Assembly (NCBI GenBank): GCA_963777505.1
Contig: CAVZQN010000008.1
Coordinates: 64,001-128,000, forward strand
Direction: 5' to 3'
Source of the DNA: an uncultured bacterium
GTDB lineage: Bacteria > Acidobacteriota > HRBIN11 > JAKEFK01
DNA: 64,000 nt
In this document: in pieces, positions 41,468 through 51,372 of the stretch
How the letters are laid out: the number at the start of each line of letters is the position of its first letter
Position numbering within the stretch: position 1 is the stretch's first letter
Program-made: the position numbers and the translations under genes
The notes under the pieces: model-generated
Database searches by the model: none
Seen by the model: the letters and a program-made list of their open reading frames with translations, nothing else
Told to the model about the DNA's origin: nothing

Positions 41468-42286
41468 CTATGGTTTTTCCCGGCGGGATTGAATGATAGC
41501 TTCAATCGTCTTATAAGCGCGTTGTTGATGAGAATCCTCTAATATTTCGCGAACACGCGGAAAGTCAGCCACAATACTTTCAAAGTCCGTCAGCGATAGC
41601 TCCAATAAATCGGAAGGGAAATTCGTGATGATAGTTGCAGTCCGCGGTTTTCCTGTAAGCAAAGAAACTTCACCAAAAAATTCACCTTCACCAAGATTTG
41701 CAAGAGTAATCTGCTTACCAGTGGCATCGGATGTATTAACCCGAATTTCACCATTTACAATAATAAACATTGACTCGCCTGGATCTCCTTCTGATACGAC
41801 GATGCTTTCTTCTTCGTAATGTCTAAGAGTGAGATGGGAAACTACTTTCCGGAATTCATCCCTTGAAAGACCACGAAACAAAACTGTATCAATTGCCAAA
41901 AAAGGAACAGCATCCGCTTTTTCCTGATCAACTTCTTCGTTCGCATCTAACTCCAACACTGCTGGACCTCTTTTGTCCGATAGTTCCATTAAGTAATATT
42001 CAATTTCGGTCATCGTTGGACGGATGCGCAGAATTTTTTTATAAACAGCGATCGCTTTTGCGATCGAGCCGGTTTCGGTATACTGTGCCGCTAAATCACG
42101 ATATTCCTGAATCGCTTCATCTGAGCGATTCGCTTGGAGATAAGCATCAGCAAGGGCGTGTCGTAAATTTACATTCTTAGGCTGATTGACGATTCGATCA
42201 CGATAGATCGCAATTGCACGATCAAATTCTTTTAGAGCCAGGAAGTGCTCGGGCTCGTCAGAATCCTTCTTTTTCCCCGGTACCAT
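41468..42286 (-). CDS. TPR plus cyclic-nucleotide-binding domain protein
   Basis: N-terminal TPRs; GEGEFFGEVSLLTGKPRTATI. Confidence 0.8.
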   Translation of the reverse strand: MVPGKKKDSDEPEHFLALKEFDRAIAIYRDRIVNQPKNVNLRHALADAYLQANRSDEAIQEYRDLAAQYTETGSIAKAIAVYKKILRIRPTMTEIEYYLMELSDKRGPAVLELDANEEVDQEKADAVPFLAIDTVLFRGLSRDEFRKVVSHLTLRHYEEESIVVSEGDPGESMFIIVNGEIRVNTSDATGKQITLANLGEGEFFGEVSLLTGKPRTATIITNFPSDLLELSLTDFESIVADFPRVREILEDSHQQRAYKTIEAIIQSRREKP

Positions 42287-42296
42287 CCCTCGTCAA

Positions 42297-42806
42297 CTAC
42301 TCCGATTGGCCAGTTTGGGAAGACAAAAGGTCAGCTAAATCATTTTCGACGCTGACTTTAGGAGTCTCCACAATTCTCCCCACTTCTTTTCCATTCAAAA
42401 ATACAATAAAAGTCGGAACACTTACAATATTTAGTCCATGAATCAAATCAGCAGGTTCCTTTTTCTTACGATCGACATTGATATAAACAACCTCAATCGC
42501 TTTATTGTCCGCAAATTCCATTGTCTTTATGAAAGCAGGCACATGCTTTTTGCTGTCTTTGCACCAATCACCAAAAATTACTTTTACTTCAACAGGTTGT
42601 GAACATTTATAGATCGCCTCAAGATCATCTGGTTTCGGAACATATTCAACATAGTTATGGTTATAAATGGTTCGGCCTGACAAAATCTCTTGCTTTGATA
42701 TGATCCCAAGCCGAAGTGAATTATGATCGTCGCTTTTTTCTTCAATTGACATTGCAAAAACCGGCCAAAATATAAACAGGAAAATTAGAAACTTCATTAA
42801 GTCCAC
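42297..42806 (-). CDS. Exported thioredoxin-like protein (CxxS)
   Basis: FGDWCKDSK, VPTFIV and EVGRIVE. Confidence 0.75.
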   Translation of the reverse strand: MDLMKFLIFLFIFWPVFAMSIEEKSDDHNSLRLGIISKQEILSGRTIYNHNYVEYVPKPDDLEAIYKCSQPVEVKVIFGDWCKDSKKHVPAFIKTMEFADNKAIEVVYINVDRKKKEPADLIHGLNIVSVPTFIVFLNGKEVGRIVETPKVSVENDLADLLSSQTGQSE

Positions 42807-42896
42807 CCTGTTACTAATATATAAGTTTCATAATCAGATGCAGCAACTTATGCTATCATACAATCAAAGTTCGGACAGCCTATGCGATAAAAACAA

Positions 42897-43775
42897 ATGG
42901 AGCAATTCACGATCCGCCACGCTTCAAAACTACTTGGGATATCACCACGGCGGCTTCGTCATTGGGAGAAGATTCAGTTTATTCCGCGATCCATTAATTC
43001 GGAAAAAGGTAACTTCTACTCATTCCAGGATTTAATCAGTTTAAAAGCCGCTAAAGAACTGATTTCGGGTGGAATCTCACTACAACAAGTTACACGTTCG
43101 CTTGATTTAATTAAAAAGCGTTTTCCAGAAATAAAAACACTGAGCCAGCTAAAATTCTTTTCACAGAACAATAACCTCTGGATGCGATATAACGGCCTGT
43201 CATTTGATCCAGTCAATGGACAACTGTTGATGAATTTTGAAAATGAAGCTCCTCAAGAACCGGCGAGCTTCAAAGCTCCAAAAAAAGAAAAGACTCACCT
43301 TTATTGGTTTGAATATGGATTGCGTTGCGACATCGAAGGGAAATGGGAAATAGCAGTAAAAGCATATAGAAAGGCACTTCAACTCAATCCCACGCTCGCT
43401 GATTGTTGGAACAACCTGGCGACAATCTACTATCGAGTTGGAAAAAAGAAAAAGGCAATCCGTTTTTATCTGAATGCTTTAAAAATTAATCCATCTTACA
43501 AGCTGGCCTATTACAATCTTGGAAATATTTTCGAGGAAATACGAAAACTCCGGCTTGCAATCAAAATGTACTTAAAGGCGATTGAGTTGGATCCTGAATA
43601 CTATGATGCTCATTACAATCTTGCACTTGTATACGACAAAGTGAAATCGTATCCAGAGGCTTGTCATCATTGGGAACGCTATCTGAAATATGATTCATCC
43701 AGCCGTTGGGCCCGTTATGCGCGGGACAGAGTCCTTGAAATCAATAAAATCATCTCCCTTCAAAAAGAGAAGTAA
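42897..43775 (+). CDS. MerR-type HTH plus TPR protein
   Basis: FTIRHASKLLGISPRRLRHWEK...YSFQDL; C-terminal TPRs. Confidence 0.8.
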   Translation: MEQFTIRHASKLLGISPRRLRHWEKIQFIPRSINSEKGNFYSFQDLISLKAAKELISGGISLQQVTRSLDLIKKRFPEIKTLSQLKFFSQNNNLWMRYNGLSFDPVNGQLLMNFENEAPQEPASFKAPKKEKTHLYWFEYGLRCDIEGKWEIAVKAYRKALQLNPTLADCWNNLATIYYRVGKKKKAIRFYLNALKINPSYKLAYYNLGNIFEEIRKLRLAIKMYLKAIELDPEYYDAHYNLALVYDKVKSYPEACHHWERYLKYDSSSRWARYARDRVLEINKIISLQKEK

Positions 43776-43784
43776 TGCGCCCGA

Positions 43785-43824
43785 GCTCCCCTGCTCCTCC
43801 GCTCCCCTGCTCCTCCGCCCCTGC
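43785..43824. repeat. 8-nt periodic tandem repeat (single arm)
   Basis: gctcccct gctcctcc gctcccct gctcctcc gcccctgc. Confidence 0.7.
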
Positions 43825-43855
43825 GTCTGCTACTACGTCTATACTTTATTCACCA

Positions 43856-44935
43856 ATGAGACGCTTCATCGCTGACACCCACTCTGACACCCTCACCTGG
43901 ATGATCGATCAGGGTTGGGGATTGGATGATGATCGCCTTCAGGTAAGCCTCAACAAAATGCGAAAAGGTGGACACGATCTTCAGGTATTTGCATGCTTCA
44001 TCAGTCCTGCAGTCGGAAAAGAACGGTATATCAGCAGGACTCTTCAAATGGTTGATCTCTTAAAGAGTGAAGTAAGAAAGCATCAAAAGAATATCGCGTT
44101 GTGTGATTCAATCGCCCAAATCCGTAAGGCACGGCGAAGTGGAAAGAAAATTGCGCTTCTTGGAATTGAAGGAGGTCATGCTATCCAGAATGATCTTTCG
44201 ATTTTGCGTTGTTACAGAGACCTGGGTGTCATCTACATGACTCTTACCTGGAGCAATACAAATGATTGGGCGGATTCGTCTAACGATGAAGAACGCTGGG
44301 GAGGGCTAACGGAGTTCGGGCACGAGGTTGTTCGTGAAATGAATCGGATCGGAATGATCGTAGATATTTCTCATGTCTCAGACAAAGCGTTCTGGCATGC
44401 GCTGGGCACATCCACCCGGCCAATGATTGCTTCGCATAGCTCGGTCCGGGCTTTATGCAATCATCAAAGGAATATGACAGACAAAATGATTCAAGCACTC
44501 GCAAAAAAAGGTGGGGTGGTGTTCATTAATTTTTATCCAGCATTCATAAGTCAGAATTTTACTCAAGCTTATGAAAAATTAAATGAACGTTTGGAAAATA
44601 AATTCGTAAAGATTCGGAAGCGTTACAAAGACAAACCTGAATTGTCCGGTTATGAAGAAGACCAAATCATTCATGCTCAAAAAAGCTCTCTACCGCCAGT
44701 TACAATGAATGATGTCATTCGGCATATCGAACATGTTGTTAATATTGCAGGTGTTGAATCTGTTGGTCTTGGCTCTGATTTCGACGGAACACCTTTTATG
44801 CCGGCGGATATGCAAGATTGTACTTCCTTGCCGAAACTCTGCGATCAATTGCAAAAACGTAAGTTCAAGTCTTCAGAAATCGACAAAATTGCGAGCGGAA
44901 ATTTTCTTCGCGTTTTTTCGGAAACGGTAGGATAA
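43856..44935 (+). CDS. Membrane dipeptidase (M19 family)
   Basis: DTHSD, GIEGGH, VDISH, ASHSS and GLGSDFDG. The upstream in-frame extension is repeat-derived. Confidence 0.9.
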   Translation: MRRFIADTHSDTLTWMIDQGWGLDDDRLQVSLNKMRKGGHDLQVFACFISPAVGKERYISRTLQMVDLLKSEVRKHQKNIALCDSIAQIRKARRSGKKIALLGIEGGHAIQNDLSILRCYRDLGVIYMTLTWSNTNDWADSSNDEERWGGLTEFGHEVVREMNRIGMIVDISHVSDKAFWHALGTSTRPMIASHSSVRALCNHQRNMTDKMIQALAKKGGVVFINFYPAFISQNFTQAYEKLNERLENKFVKIRKRYKDKPELSGYEEDQIIHAQKSSLPPVTMNDVIRHIEHVVNIAGVESVGLGSDFDGTPFMPADMQDCTSLPKLCDQLQKRKFKSSEIDKIASGNFLRVFSETVG

Positions 44936-44946
44936 CCGCAAGCACG

Positions 44947-45309
44947 CTAAGGCTTCCAGTTAGTGATGGCTTCGTGGATGGCTTGTTCGGCAAGAACGCT
45001 GCAATGAATTTTTTCGGGTGGCAATCCGCCCATCATTTCTGATAGCTGTTCGTTTGTGATTAGTAAAGCCTTCGAAATATCCATGCCAATCAACATCTCT
45101 GTAACGAAAGATCCTGAGGCGATAGCGGCGCCGCAGCCATAGACCTTGAATTTCGCATCACGGATCACATTATCTTCAATCAACATGTGAAGCTGAAGCA
45201 TATCTCCATCTGCCGAACTCCGGACCCGTGCCTTTGCAGTTGTGTTTTCAATTTCACCAACATTTCTTGGATTTTTTATGTGGTCCAATACTTCCCGCGA
45301 GTATCGCAT
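44947..45309 (-). CDS. iscU: IscU/NifU-N family Fe-S scaffold (first Cys replaced by Asp)
   Basis: YSREVLDH..NPRNVG, FKVYGCGAAIAS and LPPEKIHCSVLAE. Confidence 0.85.
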   Translation of the reverse strand: MRYSREVLDHIKNPRNVGEIENTTAKARVRSSADGDMLQLHMLIEDNVIRDAKFKVYGCGAAIASGSFVTEMLIGMDISKALLITNEQLSEMMGGLPPEKIHCSVLAEQAIHEAITNWKP

Positions 45310-45310
45310 G

Positions 45311-45336
45311 TGTGATCTTTGCGCCTTTGTGGTGAA
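45311..45336 (-). repeat. Single 8-nt-periodic arm between nuoN and iscU
   Basis: Minus strand reads ttcaccacaaaggcgcaaagatcaca. Confidence 0.55.
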
Positions 45337-45338
45337 TC

Positions 45339-46844
45339 TTATTTGGCGGCGATAGCAGAACTTCCGATAAGCATTCCAGCAGATTCTTGCGAAAATTCAG
45401 CAAACGGTGACCAATAAAGTCCCATCATGAATGTTAGAATCGCAAGTACAGTCAGAACGATCATTGAGAGACGCGGCAGCGTAAATTTTTCCTTCGAAGA
45501 ACCATCTTCCAAAATCATCCGTTTAATCACGCCGCCATAGTATGCAAAGGATATAACGCTGTTGATTGCAGCCAGAATTACTAGCCAATAAAATTGCGCA
45601 TGCCATGCAGCCATAAACAAATAAAGTTTGCCAATAAATCCGCCGAGCGCCGGAATTCCAGTCAATGAAAGCAAAAATATAGTAAAGACAGAAGCAGCAA
45701 ATGGAGATCGCAGCATCAGCCCACGATATTCACTGAGTTCATCACTTTTCATTTTTGAAGAAACAGCAATAACAACAGCGAAAGCTCCTAAATTCATGAC
45801 GAGGTAAATCAAAGTATAAAAAAGGATTGATTGGATCCCGGCATCATTCAGAAGTACAAAGCCCATCATCATATAACCGACGTGTGCAATGGAAGAATAT
45901 GCAAGCATCCGCTTCATGCTTGTTTGCCAAAGAGCGACAACATTTCCGACAGTCATCGTGATTGCAGCAATCAGTGCCATGAATGTTGGCCAATGGAAAT
46001 TTCCAACAATCTCATAGTCCGGCGCGCCTTGAGCAAACACTCCATAAAAGAATCGGATCATTAATGCGAAACCTGCAGCTTTTGGTCCGATCGAAAAGAA
46101 AGCTGTAATGACAAGTGGCGAGCCTTGATAAACATCAGGACACCAGAAGTGAAACGGTACAGCTGCAATCTTGTATCCAATACCAACCAGCACAAGCGAT
46201 ACCATGATCAAAAGAAGTGCGGGATTTATATTTGTCGTAATAAGAGAGTCACGGATCTGGCTTAATTCATACGCCCCGGTGAGTCCATACAAATAGGAAA
46301 GACCAAACAACATGACTGCCGTTGAGACAGAACCATAAATTACGAATTTCAGTGAAGCTTCGGCCGAAAGCCGATCTTCTTTTAGAAACCCTGACAATAA
46401 ATAAGAAGGGATGCTAACAAGTTCTAGCGCCAGCCAGATCATCAGTAAATTATTTGCTGTAGCCAGCAGATTCATTCCGAGAACGGAAGCCAGGATCAAA
46501 CAATAAAATTCTCCGGCGTTATAGCGTTTGAGCTCATCAGAGTTCATCGCTAAAAGTACGACCAAAATCGTAGAGATCGCGAAAATAATTTTGAAGTAGA
46601 TTCCAAAGTGATCCACTGTCATCATGCGGAAGAAAATAAAGTTTGGCGCCAGGTCGTATTGGTTGAATGCAGCAATCATCGAAGCCGCGACTCCAATGAT
46701 GGAAATGATTCCTAGCGTGACATAGCTGCTGCGTTTACTGAAAGTTTCGGCTATCAGAACGATCAAAAAGGCTGCGGAAAGAATTAATTCGGGAATGAAA
46801 TATCGGAGACTATTGTTGATTTCAAGAATTACAGAAGGTTGCAT
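45339..46844 (-). CDS. nuoN: NADH-quinone oxidoreductase subunit N
   Basis: EASLKF, KIAAVPFHFWCPDVYQG, KRMLAYSSIAH and LSLTGIP. Confidence 0.92.
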   Translation of the reverse strand: MQPSVILEINNSLRYFIPELILSAAFLIVLIAETFSKRSSYVTLGIISIIGVAASMIAAFNQYDLAPNFIFFRMMTVDHFGIYFKIIFAISTILVVLLAMNSDELKRYNAGEFYCLILASVLGMNLLATANNLLMIWLALELVSIPSYLLSGFLKEDRLSAEASLKFVIYGSVSTAVMLFGLSYLYGLTGAYELSQIRDSLITTNINPALLLIMVSLVLVGIGYKIAAVPFHFWCPDVYQGSPLVITAFFSIGPKAAGFALMIRFFYGVFAQGAPDYEIVGNFHWPTFMALIAAITMTVGNVVALWQTSMKRMLAYSSIAHVGYMMMGFVLLNDAGIQSILFYTLIYLVMNLGAFAVVIAVSSKMKSDELSEYRGLMLRSPFAASVFTIFLLSLTGIPALGGFIGKLYLFMAAWHAQFYWLVILAAINSVISFAYYGGVIKRMILEDGSSKEKFTLPRLSMIVLTVLAILTFMMGLYWSPFAEFSQESAGMLIGSSAIAAK

Positions 46845-46846
46845 TT

Positions 46847-47161
46847 CTAACCTTGCATCTCCCGTACTTGAGGTACTTCCACGCTATGAAAATGTCTATA
46901 AATAGCAAAAACGATCGCGAGAGCGACTGCAGCTTCAATTGCAGCAAGCAGAATGACAAAGATAACGAAGACATGTCCGCCAAGCGCGTGAGTTACATAA
47001 TTTGAAAATGCAACAAAATTGATGTTTGCCGCATTCAGGATCAATTCAATTCCCATCAAGACAGCAATGCCATTTCTACGCGTGAGAACCGCACAGAGTC
47101 CGAGACAAAAAAGAATTGCCGCAATAATGAGATAGTGATACAGCCCTGGGGCAAGCATCAT
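46847..47161 (-). CDS. nuoK: NADH-quinone oxidoreductase subunit K
   Basis: LTRRN, LMGIELILNAANINFVAF and AAIEAAVALAIV. Confidence 0.92.
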   Translation of the reverse strand: MMLAPGLYHYLIIAAILFCLGLCAVLTRRNGIAVLMGIELILNAANINFVAFSNYVTHALGGHVFVIFVILLAAIEAAVALAIVFAIYRHFHSVEVPQVREMQG

Positions 47162-47673
47162 GTGGTCGTCCCTTTTGCGCGAGCAATCGACACCGCGCCA
47201 ACCAGAGCGGCCAGTAGAAGAATTGAGGCTACTTCAAATGGGAGCAGCCATTCCGTCATCAGCAATGTTCCAATCTGAGAAGTTGTTTCTTGAAATGCAG
47301 CAGGCTGCTGAACTTTCCAGGGGGTTTCAAAAATTAAATAAACTAAAAATCCAAACAAAATAAGCATTGCAATAACGGCCGGAATGAATTGGATGCGTCC
47401 TGTTCGAATATCCGCTTCAACCATACGCTGAGTCAGCATAATTCCGAAAAGGAGCAATACGAGAACGCCGCCTACATAAATCAGGACTTGAGTCGCGGCC
47501 AGAAAATCAGCGTGCAAAAAGAGAAACAATCCGGCAATTCCAAACAATGTAAACATTAACGAGAACACGGCTCGCATGATGTTTTTTACAAAGGTCACGA
47601 AAAACGCCGAAATAACGGTCAGTAGTGCAAAAAGATAGAACCCCGCAACATGCAGAATTTGCGTGATTTCCAT
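47158..47673 (-). CDS. nuoJ: NADH-quinone oxidoreductase subunit J
   Basis: ADFLAATQVLIYVGGVLVLLLFGIMLT and LPFEVASILLLAALVGAV. Confidence 0.92.
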   Translation of the reverse strand: MEITQILHVAGFYLFALLTVISAFFVTFVKNIMRAVFSLMFTLFGIAGLFLFLHADFLAATQVLIYVGGVLVLLLFGIMLTQRMVEADIRTGRIQFIPAVIAMLILFGFLVYLIFETPWKVQQPAAFQETTSQIGTLLMTEWLLPFEVASILLLAALVGAVSIARAKGTTT

Positions 47674-47755
47674 TAAAACTCCTGGATCAGGTGTATGAAA
47701 AGACAGCTTATTGTAATTCGAAGATATTTAAAATGGAAGACTGAAGAATTTACCA

Positions 47756-48193
47756 CTAACTTGCAGCAGTTTTCTCGGATGCGGGCTTGCCTGGCTTTAG
47801 CAAATCGGAAATCGTGATTGTATTAAGCTCATCTGTCACATGCTCTTGAATCCGTTGCCAGGCGGTTAGCATTTTACAGCTGGGCTCTAACAAACAGCGC
47901 GTGACTTCACTCAGGCACCTGTTTACGACAACCGGACCATCAATGGCTTCTATGACTTCAAGAAATGTAATTCCAGAAGATTCACGAGCCAGCATATAAC
48001 CGCCATGAGGACCACGAAATGACTTCACAAGATTGCGTTTTACAAGCTTGCGAAGAATCTTAAAAAGGAAATTGACAGGTATGAGTTGATCGCGGGCAAT
48101 TTCACTTACATAGGTGATTTTTTCTGCTGGCTGGATGGCCAGATATATAACTGCGCGAAGAGCGTAATCACCCTCAAGAGACAAAAGCTGCAT
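47756..48193 (-). CDS. Rrf2 family regulator with three Cys
   Basis: DYALRA, SFRGPHGGYML, EVIEAIDG and C-x6-C-x5-C. Confidence 0.9.
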   Translation of the reverse strand: MQLLSLEGDYALRAVIYLAIQPAEKITYVSEIARDQLIPVNFLFKILRKLVKRNLVKSFRGPHGGYMLARESSGITFLEVIEAIDGPVVVNRCLSEVTRCLLEPSCKMLTAWQRIQEHVTDELNTITISDLLKPGKPASEKTAAS

Positions 48194-48233
48194 GAAACGT
48201 TGAACTCTCCCCTAGACGTTACTGAGAAACATA

Positions 48234-48265
48234 CTCTCTGTCAATCTTTGTGATTCTGCGGTTTA
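48234..48265 (-). repeat. Single 8-nt-periodic arm starting at a stop codon
   Basis: Minus strand reads TAAaccgcagaatcacaaagattgacagag. Confidence 0.5.
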
Positions 48266-49690
48266 TTCACTTTTGCTGAGCCAATCGTTTGCAAAATCCA
48301 GAGCATCTTGTCGATTTCGCAATTTACCTTCAAGCTGAGATTCGCGAATCTCTTTTAACAGTTTACCCATTTTTGGACCTGGCTTCATTTGAAGAAACGC
48401 CATCAGGTCCCTACCCTTTAAGAGTTCGGGTGTATTCACTTTCGGATAATATTCGTCATAGTAATAGCGTATCAATTCGCGGACGAATGCAATGAATTCC
48501 GAATCACGAGCTGGATCAGATAGAGGTCCGCGCGCCGCGGATATATCACCATAAGCCATTAACAAAACGCCAATCCCTTCAGTTCCTGTGGCTCTGAAAA
48601 ATCTAAAGAAGGAATCTTCGGATCGATCTTCCTGATTGTATAAATTCAACGGACGAAGATGGTGTTCAATCAACGATGCAACGATTTGTACATCTTTTCG
48701 CGCAAATTTTAATTGTTTCAGTATCGCTTGCGCCAGATCAGAGCCGACATGTTCATGTCCATGAAAACGCCAACGACCGGGCTCACGTAGTTCGCAAGTT
48801 TGCGGTTTTCCTACATCGTGCAACAAAATTCCCCACTTTAACAGACGCTCCCGATCAAGCGTGCCTGGTGTGGACTGAAGGTACTCCCGGATTCGAGTTG
48901 CATGTTCCGGAAATACTTCTGGAATCAGACTAAAGAGAGATTCATGGTTTTCAAGGGCTAAAAGGGTATGTTCCCAAACATCCAGATGATGATAACCGCC
49001 CTGTTCGCAGCCTTTCATGGGAACCAATTCAGGAATCAATGAAAGGAAAAGTCCTGAATTTCCGATCGTTTTCCAAGCAGCGGAAGAATCAGGCTGCAAA
49101 AAGATCCGATCAAGTTCTTCACGAACTCTTTCTGCAGCAACCTCACGGATTAGTGGATGCAATTCGGAAATTTGTTGCAGAACTGAAGGATCAATTTGAA
49201 ACTTCAATTCCGCTTCAAGGCGAAATGCACGGAGCATCCGTAATGGATCATCTTTCATACAGTCTGGAGATACGGCACGGATAATTTTCTTTTCAAGATC
49301 CGATCGTCCATCAGTAGGATCAATTACTTTTTCCAAACGTCGTTCGGGGTAAAAGTCCTCCCATCGCAATGCGATTGAGTTGATTGTGAAATCGCGTTTT
49401 CGAAGATCTCCTTCGATCGTATGATTTCGAAATCCAGTAAAATCCCAATTGCCTTTATCTACAACAACGCGCGCAACCTGTCGTTCTTCATCCATAACAA
49501 AAGCTGGAACCTCAAGTTTTTTTCGAAATAGCTGTACTGCTTCAAAAACATTTTCAAACACAACAAGGTCAACATCATGAATGGGACGGTTGAGCAAAAG
49601 ATCTCGCACAGTACCGCCGCATAGATATGCAGCGATTGGGAGCTGCCTCACAACGGCATCAAAGGCTTGAAGGTATGAATCTTTTAACAA
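48263..49690 (-). CDS. CCA-adding/poly(A) polymerase family nucleotidyltransferase with HD domain
   Basis: GGTVRDLLL..DVDL, DLRKRDFTIN, DDPLRMLRAFR and LLHDVGKP. Confidence 0.88.
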   Translation of the reverse strand: MLKDSYLQAFDAVVRQLPIAAYLCGGTVRDLLLNRPIHDVDLVVFENVFEAVQLFRKKLEVPAFVMDEERQVARVVVDKGNWDFTGFRNHTIEGDLRKRDFTINSIALRWEDFYPERRLEKVIDPTDGRSDLEKKIIRAVSPDCMKDDPLRMLRAFRLEAELKFQIDPSVLQQISELHPLIREVAAERVREELDRIFLQPDSSAAWKTIGNSGLFLSLIPELVPMKGCEQGGYHHLDVWEHTLLALENHESLFSLIPEVFPEHATRIREYLQSTPGTLDRERLLKWGILLHDVGKPQTCELREPGRWRFHGHEHVGSDLAQAILKQLKFARKDVQIVASLIEHHLRPLNLYNQEDRSEDSFFRFFRATGTEGIGVLLMAYGDISAARGPLSDPARDSEFIAFVRELIRYYYDEYYPKVNTPELLKGRDLMAFLQMKPGPKMGKLLKEIRESQLEGKLRNRQDALDFANDWLSKSE

Positions 49691-49700
49691 GTGAGTTTAA

Positions 49701-50549
49701 TCAGGAGCGGGAGTGATAAGCACGGAGTTGTTCAATTTGATGAGCATCGCTGCCGGTGGTTTCTTGCAATCCGAAATGGAGTGCAAATTCTCTCAGCATT
49801 GATACAGCAAATTTTTCGACATCAGGTGTTGGAAATTCGCGAGAACCTTCCTGGCAATATGGATATACAACCTCCATTCCATCCATTCCCATTTCTTTCA
49901 AATTACCAATCATTGTATGCAGGTCTTTCATTCCAAGCGAAATACCATCGCGCGAATAATACGCAGGATGTGCAAGTACTGCGATCGCACCAGCCTGATG
50001 AATTAATGCAATCATCGATTCGGAAGAAGGTTTCACAATGATCGAATTTACTTGTATGTTTTCCTTCATCCATTTTTGTGCGGCACGATAGCGATCAGGC
50101 ACAGCAAAATCGTCAAATAGACCTTGATTGATCATGGAGTGAATTAAATGAGGATTCATAAATGTATGACAACGCGCGCAAATTTCATCCAGATCAATTA
50201 CTTTTCTTGCATAAAAGGCATTGATTGCATCAGCCTGCTCAGCTGCTCTTAACTTTCGCGCTTTTTGAATGCTAGCAAGATGTTCATTTAACGGTTGATT
50301 ATTAATATCAAGTCCAAACGCGAGCATATGCAATTCCTGATCTCCGTAGGTGCAATCTAATTCGGCACCAGGAATGACACGCATGTTGCTGCCTTTTGCA
50401 ATATCGAAAGCAATTGGATATGCGCCGATCGCATCATGATCGGTAATTGAAATTTCATCTAAACCCAGCTCGATACACGCCCGCACAAGTTCTTCAGGGC
50501 TCGGTTCCCCGTCGGAAAGGTAGGTGTGCATGTGAAAGTCGCGTTTCAT
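49701..50549 (-). CDS. PHP domain phosphoesterase
   Basis: DFHMHTYLSDG, ITDHD, LAHP and GSDAH. Confidence 0.88.
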   Translation of the reverse strand: MKRDFHMHTYLSDGEPSPEELVRACIELGLDEISITDHDAIGAYPIAFDIAKGSNMRVIPGAELDCTYGDQELHMLAFGLDINNQPLNEHLASIQKARKLRAAEQADAINAFYARKVIDLDEICARCHTFMNPHLIHSMINQGLFDDFAVPDRYRAAQKWMKENIQVNSIIVKPSSESMIALIHQAGAIAVLAHPAYYSRDGISLGMKDLHTMIGNLKEMGMDGMEVVYPYCQEGSREFPTPDVEKFAVSMLREFALHFGLQETTGSDAHQIEQLRAYHSRS

Positions 50550-50634
50550 AGTTTCAAGAAAAACGGAACATGATAGCACTAAACGCCATTTGCGCAAAAC
50601 CTTTGTTGCCCTTGTGTCAAGCGATGAGTTTATA

Positions 50635-51366
50635 ATGTCGGAATCTATGACAAGCTGGAAAAGGCAGTTCTTGAATTCTGTCAACCGCGTTTTAAGTTTC
50701 ACAGGAATTGAACTTCAGAGAACTTCTTCCGATCCAAAAGCAGAAAGCCTCCCTTTTTATATTTCCCAGGCAAAAAAAGCTGGAATGGATATTAACGATT
50801 ACCTGGAAAAAGTTGAAAATTGGGGAAATTCACAAAAGCTGCTGGAGACCGAAGTCTTTCCAGTCATTAAAAATGATTCAATTGTTTGTGAACTTGGACC
50901 CGGGACTGGAAGATTTTCAAGACATCTCGCGAAATATTTAACGAACGGAAAACTACACATCATTGATCATTCACCATGGCTTGAAAAATTTCTGCGAGAT
51001 TATTTTAAAGATTCAAATAATGTAATGATCTATGGAGGCTCCGGGCATTCATTACCTTTTAAGGATTCGAATTTCGATTTGATTTTTGCATCGGGAGTTT
51101 TCATCGAGATTAGTTTGCAATTGATCTATAGCTACTCAAAAGAATTCTATCGAACCTTGAAACCTGGCGGCTATTGCATTCTCGATTACTTCGACATCTC
51201 ATCTGAAGATGGGTGGAAACATTTAGAAAAGATGCAATTCGGACCGCACAGCGGTTTTACGTACCACACCACCGAAACAATCGACCGCATTTTCATATCC
51301 GCAGGATTTAAAGTCATGAAACGCCGCTTCACGGGCGCCAGTACTTACCTAATCCTGCGGAAATAA
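50635..51366 (+). CDS. Class I SAM-dependent methyltransferase
   Basis: ELGPGTGRF, FDLIF and LKPGG. Confidence 0.8.
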   Translation: MSESMTSWKRQFLNSVNRVLSFTGIELQRTSSDPKAESLPFYISQAKKAGMDINDYLEKVENWGNSQKLLETEVFPVIKNDSIVCELGPGTGRFSRHLAKYLTNGKLHIIDHSPWLEKFLRDYFKDSNNVMIYGGSGHSLPFKDSNFDLIFASGVFIEISLQLIYSYSKEFYRTLKPGGYCILDYFDISSEDGWKHLEKMQFGPHSGFTYHTTETIDRIFISAGFKVMKRRFTGASTYLILRK

Positions 51367-51372
51367 TTTGTC

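Noticed and set aside
43775-43855. Pro/Ser-rich N-terminal extension of the dipeptidase
   Set aside because: It is simply the translated 8-nt tandem repeat; the M19 domain begins at ATG 43856.
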